From the IMG/VR virus record IMGVR_UViG_3300037963_004868: a stretch of DNA of 64,000 nt. One strand, given 5' to 3'. The notes beneath the pieces are model-generated. The model worked only from the letters and a program-made list of their open reading frames with translations, was not told the DNA's origin and made no database searches. Every line of letters starts with the position of its first letter. Within the stretch, counting starts at the first letter, position 1. The position numbers were made by a program, and so were the translations under genes. Of the stretch, positions 9,128-16,538 are shown one piece after another. The DNA comes from an uncultured virus (IMG/VR IMGVR_UViG_3300037963_004868). Taxonomy: Duplodnaviria > Heunggongvirae > Uroviricota > Caudoviricetes.

Positions 9128-9363
9128 AATACAAGTTTACTAACACTGATGGATAGTAGGAATGTCAACATTATAACAAGATCCCATGCTTTTGTTCTAA
9201 TAAAGTATGGAATTGTAATTAGATCTGCAATGAAATGCAGTGCAACTCCCCAAAAAGAGCTGACGTGAAGAATAACGAAGTAGGCAACAATGACTCCAAT
9301 GCTGCCCGCAATTCGCATCCTAACTAATAGTTCATCCAAAGGTCGAATCAGGTTCCAGAGCAA
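9124..9363 (-). CDS. Small integral membrane protein (start uncertain)
   Basis: Almost entirely hydrophobic, about 3 putative TM segments; fills gp45-gp44 gap. Confidence 0.6.
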   Translation of the reverse strand: MLWNLIRPLDELLVRMRIAGSIGVIVAYFVILHVSSFWGVALHFIADLITIPYFIRTKAWDLVIMLTFLLSISVSKLVL

Positions 9364-10021
9364 TATAATAGGTCAGATTATATTTGGTATTGATAAATTG
9401 TGATAAAAGTTTAGAGGAGACAACCACATCGTAGGCACCAGGAATAATCTTGATGTTTTCTACTTTGAAGTTAAAAGTAAACTCTTTATCAGTTTCACCA
9501 ACAACGATAGCATACTCGTTAGAAGTATCATTCTTCTTATCACGAACTACCAGTTTAATTACACCTGCTTCACCAACAGCAGAAAAATCAGGAAGTTGAT
9601 AAACCTGTGCCGCTTTTACCAATTTTTCCAAAGATGCACTATCTAACTGAAAACAGACATCTTGAGTGGGCAGGTTAATCTCTTTTTCGGGAGGAGAAAT
9701 GATGACATTAGGATCAGCGTAGAAATACTTAACACGACGCTTGCCTTCTTTAATACTCAGGTAAGAATCTTCTTTAAAGTCAAGATCAGGATCCTGATGA
9801 AGACTCAAACCATTTAGAAATTGATTAAGATCGTAAATAGCAAAATCACGAGGAAAGTCTTCTTTAATATCTGCTTCGGCAAGAATGTTCTTGGCAACAG
9901 AGATAGTACGAAGACGATTACCCTCTTTCACAAGAATAGAGTTATTAATACCAGCAAAGTTCTTGAGAACGGTGAGAGTGTTGTCGGATAGTTTCATAGT
10001 ATTGGGATTCAATTTCATCAC
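9332..10021 (-). CDS. gp45: Sliding clamp
   Basis: MKLSDNTLTVLKNFAGINNSI, FAIYDLNQFL, YYIALE; upstream of gp44. Confidence 0.96.
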   Translation of the reverse strand: MMKLNPNTMKLSDNTLTVLKNFAGINNSILVKEGNRLRTISVAKNILAEADIKEDFPRDFAIYDLNQFLNGLSLHQDPDLDFKEDSYLSIKEGKRRVKYFYADPNVIISPPEKEINLPTQDVCFQLDSASLEKLVKAAQVYQLPDFSAVGEAGVIKLVVRDKKNDTSNEYAIVVGETDKEFTFNFKVENIKIIPGAYDVVVSSKLLSQFINTKYNLTYYIALEPDSTFG

Positions 10022-10419
10022 TGGGGGTAGGTTTCGCGTTTTGCGTTTTTATCGTTGAAGTGCATCAGAAGGACAGCATAATGCAAGATCTTCATAATGT
10101 CACGACGGGCAGTGCCTTTCTTATCATACCGAGAGGCATACTTGAGAATGTTGCTACGGCAAAATGCTTCACCGTCACCACATGCTTCAATCAGATCAAG
10201 TGTCTGAATTTTGTCGTCACCAGCAGAATAGTGCTGATTGTAAGTTCCCCGAACATATTCAAGAAGTTCTTGAAGAATTTCCTCTTCACTATACTTCCAA
10301 GGTGTTCTAGGATTGATTAGGTCAATAGAACCTGTAGAGGTGTCCGTCATATGAACAGTAAAATCGTTTTCATCCATTTTCAAAATTTCATCGTAAAGCA
10401 TGGACCATGAATTAGTCAT
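10018..10419 (-). CDS. DUF3310-like protein
   Basis: HY...IQTLDLIE...FCRSNILKYASRYDKKG...DIMKILHY. Confidence 0.75.
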   Translation of the reverse strand: MTNSWSMLYDEILKMDENDFTVHMTDTSTGSIDLINPRTPWKYSEEEILQELLEYVRGTYNQHYSAGDDKIQTLDLIEACGDGEAFCRSNILKYASRYDKKGTARRDIMKILHYAVLLMHFNDKNAKRETYPQ

Positions 10420-10424
10420 AATCT

Positions 10425-10453
10425 ATTATATCAGGAGACAGTGGTCTCGTCAA
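10425..10453 (-). promoter_or_regulatory. Sigma70-type promoter TTGACG-N17-TATAAT at the cobS 3' end
   Basis: -35 at 10448-10453, -10 at 10425-10430, 17-nt spacer. Confidence 0.8.
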
Positions 10454-11495
10454 CGGGCATTTGGAAATCAGCATCTACCTTATCATACAGTTCAAGGAAT
10501 GCCTGCTTAGTCTCATCATCAAAGCGATTGACACAGACCTGGATTGCCTTTGCCTTATCTTTAAAGATACTATACGCCTTCACAATATGAACCAAACGGC
10601 GGGTGCTGATGATTTCTTCAATACCACCATCATAGAAGGTCTTACGGATAATATCTGCCCAGTCTGCAAGTCGCTTACAGAAGTTCTCATCATCACACAG
10701 TTTGTTGAGAATCTTAGTTTCAGTAGCAGTGGTGGGGTACTCCTGCTCAAAGGTCACTGGGAATCGTTCAAGGAAGGCTTCATTGAGCACGTTAGTTCCA
10801 ATGAATCGTCCGTCATCTGAACCTTTGCCTTTAGTGTTTGCGGTTGCGATGACGTTGAAACCTGCACTGGGTCGGACAAACTTGCCAATTTTCTTAAGAA
10901 AGACTCCATTTCCTTCAAGGATACTTTGGAGACAGAGAATTTTATTAGAGGCGAGGTCAACCTCGTCAAGGAGCAGGACAGCACCTCGTTCGAGTGCTTC
11001 AATGACTGGGCCATTGTGCCAGACGGTTGCACCATCAACAAGGCGGAAACCGCCAATGAGATCATCTTCATCAGTTTCAATAGTAATGTTTACACGGATA
11101 AGTTCTCGTCCGAGTTGGGCACACGCTTGTTCAATAGAAAACGTTTTACCGTTACCCGAGAGACCCGTGATAAACGTAGGGTAGAAGACACGGGTCTCAA
11201 TAATTTTTTTAATGTCACCAAAATTGCCAAACTTGACGAAGGAATCATCTTTCGTAGGGATAAGGTTTTGCTCGGTTGCAGGCAATGCAGGAGGTGCCTG
11301 ATAAGTTTGTTCTAGTTTCTCTTGTACAGTCAGATTCCACTTACCACGACCAACTTTGCAATCAGCAATCTTGTTAGAGATGGTTTGGTAGTTACAATCG
11401 TTCATTGCACACCAAGCACGGATATCTGCACTAGTGACAGATTCACCATAAGTCTCTTGGAGAGAGGTAATGATGTTTTGCTTGGACAGTCCCAT
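10431..11495 (-). CDS. cobS: CobS-like/MoxR-type AAA+ ATPase (start revised from 11585 to ATG 11495)
   Basis: Walker A GLSGNGKT, Walker B LLLDEVD, ATANTKG, NEAFLERF, ISTRRL; the upstream 90 nt of the ORF call are a regulatory cassette. Confidence 0.9.
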   Translation of the reverse strand: MGLSKQNIITSLQETYGESVTSADIRAWCAMNDCNYQTISNKIADCKVGRGKWNLTVQEKLEQTYQAPPALPATEQNLIPTKDDSFVKFGNFGDIKKIIETRVFYPTFITGLSGNGKTFSIEQACAQLGRELIRVNITIETDEDDLIGGFRLVDGATVWHNGPVIEALERGAVLLLDEVDLASNKILCLQSILEGNGVFLKKIGKFVRPSAGFNVIATANTKGKGSDDGRFIGTNVLNEAFLERFPVTFEQEYPTTATETKILNKLCDDENFCKRLADWADIIRKTFYDGGIEEIISTRRLVHIVKAYSIFKDKAKAIQVCVNRFDDETKQAFLELYDKVDADFQMPVDETTVS

Positions 11496-11520
11496 TGGGT
11501 TGTTTGTTTTAACTGAAGTA

Positions 11521-11577
11521 ATTATACAATAAAAAAGGGGGTCCAAAGACCCCCCGTGTGCCAGTTTATAAACTGGT
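11521..11577 (-). promoter_or_regulatory. Composite cassette: palindrome CCAGTTT-AT-AAACTGG(CACA), terminator hairpin, TGTATAAT
   Basis: Palindrome 11561-11576, stem 11537-11554 plus T6, -10 at 11521-11526; second copy at 15453-15507. Confidence 0.75.
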
Positions 11578-11829
11578 TCACTCATTCTCTACATCTTTAA
11601 GTTCTTTGATCAGAGAATCCTTGCTATGGCGTCTATCGAGTTCAATACCAATAGTTCTACCATACTTTTCAAGTTCTTTCTTGTTCATATTTTCCAGAAC
11701 AGGTGCCTTTTTAATCACTGGTGCAGGGGGTGCAACATCTTCTGCTTCTGGAGTTGGTGCAGATACTGGTGCTGGAGGAGTAGGTGCTGCAGGAGCATTA
11801 CCCCTCATCAAATCTCCGAATTTGCTCAT
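11578..11829 (-). CDS. Small protein, Pro/Ala linker plus Rho-N/SAP-like helical domain
   Basis: LENMNKKELEKYGRTIGIELDRRHSKDSLIKEL. Confidence 0.6.
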   Translation of the reverse strand: MSKFGDLMRGNAPAAPTPPAPVSAPTPEAEDVAPPAPVIKKAPVLENMNKKELEKYGRTIGIELDRRHSKDSLIKELKDVENE

Positions 11830-13112
11830 GAGTTTTCTTCCGTAGTGGTTTTATTTAGAATTTCAATTTTCTCATCTTCAGTAAGTTCAAACATCTTAAC
11901 AAGTGCTTCCTCTTCGGTGAGACCCTCCTCAATGAAGTGACCCTTGATGATATCAAAGAGGTCTGCATCATCCTTATAATACTCAACGTTCTTTGCGTTT
12001 TCAGGAGTTCTCTTAGGAAGTTGATAACCACCTTTTTTAGGTGCTTCCTTACCCATTCTTGCCTTCATACCAGGATCAGCAGCAGTTTTTTCTTCTGCTA
12101 CTACCTCACCAACCTTTGCAAGAGCACCCATGATGCCCTCATCAATTGCTTGAGGTTCTCTTTCTTCGTAAACTTTAGAATAAGTTTCCAAGAGGGATGC
12201 TGCTCCCTTTCCTGTCATACGTTCCATTGGGTCTCCGTTTTTAAGTGGTTGTTTTTTCTCTACCTTTGCAGCAGGTTTTACTGTAGGTGTTGTAGTTGCA
12301 CCAGTAGTGCTTGGAGCAGAAGCCTTTACAGTAGGCGTTGCGGGTGTACCACCCTGTGCAGTAATACGAGCCTGTGATCTTGCTCTCATATCACGAATTT
12401 GCTGCAATCTATCAGCGATTGAAAGTTTAGGTTTAGCAGCAGGAGTAGCAGGAGCTGTTACAGGAGTGGCACCAACACGAGCAGCAGCACCAGCAGTTGT
12501 TTTTGGTCTGGCACTTACGGGAGTTTGATATCCACCAGGACCACTACCAGAGGCAGATTTGTTACTCATGACTCCTGAAATAGTCCGAGAATTATTAGAA
12601 TTAGACTTGGCCAAATCTGCAGCAGACTTATATCCAGAGAAGTCCTTTTTGGCAGCACCTGCTGATGCCATTGCCTTACCATAACCTGCAGCCTGAGCAC
12701 GTTCCTTTGGATCCTTGGAATATCTCAAACGGTCATACTCTGCTCTAACTTTCTGTTGATCAGTAGGAGGTTTGGCAGTTGGTTGAGATACCTGAGCTGG
12801 TTGAGAAGTAGGAAGAGGATCTTCTCCTCTAGATGCCCTTCTCTCATTTTCTGCTTTTATTTTTGCCGCTTCTTGATCTCTTTTAGCATCAGCAGCAGTA
12901 TAGTTTGATCTAGAATTTTCTCTAGAAGCAACTTCTCTCTGCTGCATTCTTTTTGCTATAAGACCTTCTGGATTTCCAGATTTTTTGACAAGTGCAGCAA
13001 ACTCCTCATCACTCATTGATGCGTAGTCAGGAGTTGCCTGCTCACTGTAAACCTGAGCAACTGCATCCATCATTGATAATACTTCTTTCGAACTAATCCT
13101 ATCCATTGTCAA
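11826..13112 (-). CDS. Low-complexity Ala/Lys/Pro-rich hypothetical protein (probable late/internal virion protein)
   Basis: 428-aa ORF; C-terminal LFDIIKGHFIEEGLTEEEA motif shared with neighbours; ATG at about 13106 is the likelier start. Confidence 0.7.
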   Translation of the reverse strand: MTMDRISSKEVLSMMDAVAQVYSEQATPDYASMSDEEFAALVKKSGNPEGLIAKRMQQREVASRENSRSNYTAADAKRDQEAAKIKAENERRASRGEDPLPTSQPAQVSQPTAKPPTDQQKVRAEYDRLRYSKDPKERAQAAGYGKAMASAGAAKKDFSGYKSAADLAKSNSNNSRTISGVMSNKSASGSGPGGYQTPVSARPKTTAGAAARVGATPVTAPATPAAKPKLSIADRLQQIRDMRARSQARITAQGGTPATPTVKASAPSTTGATTTPTVKPAAKVEKKQPLKNGDPMERMTGKGAASLLETYSKVYEEREPQAIDEGIMGALAKVGEVVAEEKTAADPGMKARMGKEAPKKGGYQLPKRTPENAKNVEYYKDDADLFDIIKGHFIEEGLTEEEALVKMFELTEDEKIEILNKTTTEENS

Positions 13113-13267
13113 TTCTCCGTAATGAGCTCAAACCACTGTTCGCTCATTCCTTGAATGATGGAATCTGCGGAATCAGAATCGGTTGCGTAACCTTCCTCAA
13201 TGAGGTGTGTTACAACCTTTTCATAGATTTCTTTTGTCTCTTTTAATTGCTTAGGGGAAGGTTTCAT
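13109..13267 (-). CDS. 52-aa hypothetical protein not in ORF track
   Basis: Hand translation MKPSPKQLKETKEIYEKVVTHLIEEGYATDSDSADSIIQGMSEQWFELITEN; follows late promoter and fills the gap. Confidence 0.75.
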   Translation of the reverse strand: MKPSPKQLKETKEIYEKVVTHLIEEGYATDSDSADSIIQGMSEQWFELITEN

Positions 13268-13291
13268 CGCTAGACAGTTTTTCTATATTCT

Positions 13292-13299
13292 TATTTATT
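13292..13299 (-). promoter_or_regulatory. Late promoter-like AATAAATA
   Basis: At the cobT-like stop, 25 nt upstream of the 52-aa ORF. Confidence 0.6.
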
Positions 13300-15431
13300 C
13301 AAGCGATAAGTTCAATAAACTCTCCCAAAACTTTCTTGTTCATCTTCTTGTTTTTCAAACTCTTTGCAAATGCAGACTTGATTTTTGCTTTGGTTGCTCC
13401 ATAATCAACATCAAACTCAGAATCATTTGCAAGTGAATTTGCGGAGAGAGCAAAGTAAGTGTGATATCCAGAATCATAAAGTGAAAATGCACGCTCCTTT
13501 TTCCAAATCTTAATAGTTTTTTCTATCTTAACAGAGTTCCAATCACAAGAGCGTCGGATGAAACTATTGGCATCACGAGATTCAAGAAGACGAATACCAA
13601 TGAAATTGACTTCAGGGAAAGTGTCACGAATATCTTTGATAAAGGTTTCAGTCATTTCCCACCAATCACAATCAAAAGAATAAGTATTACCAGTTTTACG
13701 ATTTCTCAGAAAAGAATTGCCACCAAGAGTTCCGATACCAAGAAAAGGTTCTACTTCCCAACGACGCTGAACTTCTTTGTGATACTTCATACCACCCGCT
13801 TCACCATCACTCAGAACAACACACTGAACTTTCTGAACTTTGTTCTCTTTCTTAAAATGAGGAATCAGTTGGTGCAGAGAAATAAACGCTTCATTGAGAG
13901 GAGTTCCAGAAAGACTCAAACCAGTAGGAATGGGAATATTTGACCAGTGATTAAAAGTCCAAGCAAGACGGAAGAAGTTTTTCATCTGCTGCTCAAGATC
14001 TTTCATCTTGGTTTTACTGGTGAAGATGTTCATCATAGAGAACCACTCATTCACAGCAATAAGACCTTCACGCTTCTTGTAAGCATAACCTTTTACTTCT
14101 GGATTACCATCTTCATTAGTGACAATCTTAGGATACTCATTTGTAAAAGCATAAACCTCAAAAGGAATATTCACTTTCTTACAGAACCAAATAAGATTGA
14201 ACAGTTGCTTCAAAGTGTCCTGAAGAACAGTACCCATTGAACCAGACCAGTCCAGAACAAAAATCAGACCGTGATTTTTACCATCAGCAAGAGTAGTGAC
14301 TTTCTTGAAGAGATCTTCATTGTACTTGTAGGTGTGAAGTTTAGAACAATCCAGCACACCAGTGCGAGCAGTAGTGGCACGAGCATATGAGTCTGCTGCT
14401 TTTTTGCACTCAAACTCTTTCACAAGATAGTTGACTTCTTTCTGAGCAGAACGTTTGAACTTTACAAATTCATTATCAATATGATAAAAGATTTCATCCT
14501 TAACAAGTCCTTGTCTATCCATCCACTCATCCCATTCAGCAAATCGTCCATGAATTTCAGAGTTATCAACAACAAACTTATTGATTTCAAGTTTGGGAAG
14601 TTCAACATAAACGTTCTCCATGCCATCCATTGAAGCAAGTTGTTTGATTGCTTCTTCCAAATTATTCATCGTGGAAACTTCTAGTTCATCATTGTTGGTT
14701 CCGCCATATGAGTCACTCTCTCCAGGTTCTTCAGATTCCCACGAATCTGTTTCCTGTTCAATAGAATCATTATATTCACCTTCTTCCATTCCTTCACTTT
14801 CTTGTTGAGGAACTTCTGAGATATCATTGCTACCTTCTTGACCCCCTTGCATTTGCAAGTCATCAACCTTGGTTTTCATTTCTTCCTGACGCTTACAGAA
14901 ATCATAAAGTTCTTTAGAAACTTGCAGAACATCGTCAAAAGTCTCAGTATCAGCAATCTTCTGGCAAAGTTCTTTTTCATTGTCTTCAAAAGGAACTTCC
15001 ACAAAGTTACCAATCTTGAAATACAGGTTTGCTTTATCGGCAAGATTCATAGTGCTGACATCATCATCAGCAATATCAAAGAAATCGGCATCAGACAGTT
15101 CTTTATATCCACGATAAAAAGTCTTAGAGATACCAGCATATCGACGCTTCATCAGTTTCTCAATGCGAGCATCTTCTACTACATTGACGAACTGTGGTGG
15201 AATCTTGATTTCTTTCAACCAGTTGCGGTCAGGAGTGTAGAGAGCATGACCGACTTCATGACCAACCAACATATCATACACCTCACCACTTGCACGATCC
15301 CACATCGGCAGAGTCAACACACGAGTATGAACGTTGAAACAAGCAGTCTCCACTTTCTTATGCTCAACCACCAGGTCTTCAGTAGCAAGTAGTTTGGCAA
15401 GTTGAGACTTGATTTCGTGGGAAACGGTCAT
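13299..15431 (-). CDS. CobT-like protein: HExxH metallopeptidase-like N-domain plus VWA domain (start revised from 15461)
   Basis: HEVGHALYT and NVVEDARIE; acidic linker; MIDAS DWSGS...GTPL...LSDGE. Confidence 0.85.
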   Translation of the reverse strand: MTVSHEIKSQLAKLLATEDLVVEHKKVETACFNVHTRVLTLPMWDRASGEVYDMLVGHEVGHALYTPDRNWLKEIKIPPQFVNVVEDARIEKLMKRRYAGISKTFYRGYKELSDADFFDIADDDVSTMNLADKANLYFKIGNFVEVPFEDNEKELCQKIADTETFDDVLQVSKELYDFCKRQEEMKTKVDDLQMQGGQEGSNDISEVPQQESEGMEEGEYNDSIEQETDSWESEEPGESDSYGGTNNDELEVSTMNNLEEAIKQLASMDGMENVYVELPKLEINKFVVDNSEIHGRFAEWDEWMDRQGLVKDEIFYHIDNEFVKFKRSAQKEVNYLVKEFECKKAADSYARATTARTGVLDCSKLHTYKYNEDLFKKVTTLADGKNHGLIFVLDWSGSMGTVLQDTLKQLFNLIWFCKKVNIPFEVYAFTNEYPKIVTNEDGNPEVKGYAYKKREGLIAVNEWFSMMNIFTSKTKMKDLEQQMKNFFRLAWTFNHWSNIPIPTGLSLSGTPLNEAFISLHQLIPHFKKENKVQKVQCVVLSDGEAGGMKYHKEVQRRWEVEPFLGIGTLGGNSFLRNRKTGNTYSFDCDWWEMTETFIKDIRDTFPEVNFIGIRLLESRDANSFIRRSCDWNSVKIEKTIKIWKKERAFSLYDSGYHTYFALSANSLANDSEFDVDYGATKAKIKSAFAKSLKNKKMNKKVLGEFIELIA

Positions 15432-15452
15432 TGCTTGGTTGCGTATGAACCT

Positions 15453-15507
15453 ATTATACAAAAAAAGAGGGTCTCACGACCCTCCCCTGTGCCAGTTTGA
15501 AAAGTGG
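15453..15507 (-). promoter_or_regulatory. Second copy of the palindrome + terminator + TGTATAAT cassette
   Basis: CCACTTT-TC-AAACTGGCACA, stem GAGGGTC-GTGA-GACCCTC (15467-15484) plus T run, -10 at 15453-15458. Confidence 0.75.
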
Positions 15508-15508
15508 A

Positions 15509-16510
15509 TCACTCACCCTTAAGTTTGGTGTTGTATCTTCTACCACGCCAGGTAAACTCTTTCTTACCTGCCTTTCTAGCAGCGGCAAAAGTTTTATCAA
15601 AATCAGCGGCAGAATTTCTTCTGTTCTCAGCATCTGCCTTTGCAATTTCTTGCTTCTCCTTATTCACTTGAGCAGAACGCTCACCAGTTGGTTCTGGTTT
15701 TGGTTGAGATGCTGCTTGTGTTTCTGCTTTCTGCTGAGCAAGTTTTTCAGATCTTTGCTGAGCAAGTTTTTCAGATTTTTGCTGATCTCTTTCTAAACGT
15801 CGTGCAGCACTATCCTTGTTAGCCTTATCAACCACTGCACCAGTTAGACCAACACCACCAGTAACTACACCCGCAGTTCCAAGAGCAGTCATTGCTTTTT
15901 TAACTTTCTTTACAGCACCAACCACACTATCTGCTTTTGCTGGTTTAGGAAGAGATGGTGCAACTCTTTGTGGTTGTGCCTTGAGAGTTGGCATACTTCT
16001 TTGAGATGCCCTACCACCAGACACGGCAAAACCTTTAGTATTACCAGGAAGTCCAAGATTAGGATTTCGTGTAATGTTTCTCAAATCCTGTGCTTTATCA
16101 GACATACCAGGAATTCTCATCTGTCCTGGAGTTTGAACTGGATTTGCTTTTGGTTGTGGAAGTTTGGAACTTGCAGCAGGAACTGGACTGGTGCCAGTAA
16201 ATGGGGTTCTTCCGCCAGTAAAGTTTTGTGCCTTACCTGATTTGGTTAGAAGATTTCCTTGAAGAGGAGTTCCCTGAACTTGCTTTACAACTTGCTTTAC
16301 TGCCTTTTTAGCACCAGGTTTTTTAAGAACACCCGACATATATCCAACTGTTCTGAGTATATTCAGGAATGCTTTACCTTTATTTTCGGTAATCAACCCA
16401 TACTCATGAATATTATCTTCGTAGAGATAGTTAACGACTTCGGTCGCTTCATCTTCATCAATACCCCTCTCAATAAGATATTGATATAGTTCTTCGTAAA
16501 AGTTCTCCAT
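15509..16510 (-). CDS. Basic hypothetical protein with acidic N-terminal leader (probable late/internal virion protein)
   Basis: Acidic N-terminus ending YGLITE, Lys-rich body, C-terminal FAAARKAGKKEFTWRGRRYNT; TATAAATA upstream. Confidence 0.75.
   Translation of the reverse strand: MENFYEELYQYLIERGIDEDEATEVVNYLYEDNIHEYGLITENKGKAFLNILRTVGYMSGVLKKPGAKKAVKQVVKQVQGTPLQGNLLTKSGKAQNFTGGRTPFTGTSPVPAASSKLPQPKANPVQTPGQMRIPGMSDKAQDLRNITRNPNLGLPGNTKGFAVSGGRASQRSMPTLKAQPQRVAPSLPKPAKADSVVGAVKKVKKAMTALGTAGVVTGGVGLTGAVVDKANKDSAARRLERDQQKSEKLAQQRSEKLAQQKAETQAASQPKPEPTGERSAQVNKEKQEIAKADAENRRNSAADFDKTFAAARKAGKKEFTWRGRRYNTKLKGE
15732..15785. repeat. 24-bp tandem repeat (about 2.2 copies) encoding QQ(K/R)SEKLA
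   Basis: tgctgagcaagtttttcagat at 15732 and 15756. Confidence 0.9.
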
Positions 16511-16530
16511 CTCTACAAATACTTTTTAGG

Positions 16531-16538
16531 TATTTATA
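16531..16538 (-). promoter_or_regulatory. Late promoter TATAAATA
   Basis: Exact consensus immediately after the gp46 stop. Confidence 0.75.

Noticed and set aside
11496..11585. N-terminal extension of cobS in the ORF track (likewise 15432-15461 and 3023-3073)
   Set aside because: These stretches are promoter/terminator sequence; downstream ATGs fit better.
11521..15507. Repeated palindromic elements as a CRISPR array, att sites or transposon ends
   Set aside because: Only two imperfect copies 3.9 kb apart, each tied to a -10 box; no spacers, integrase or transposase.
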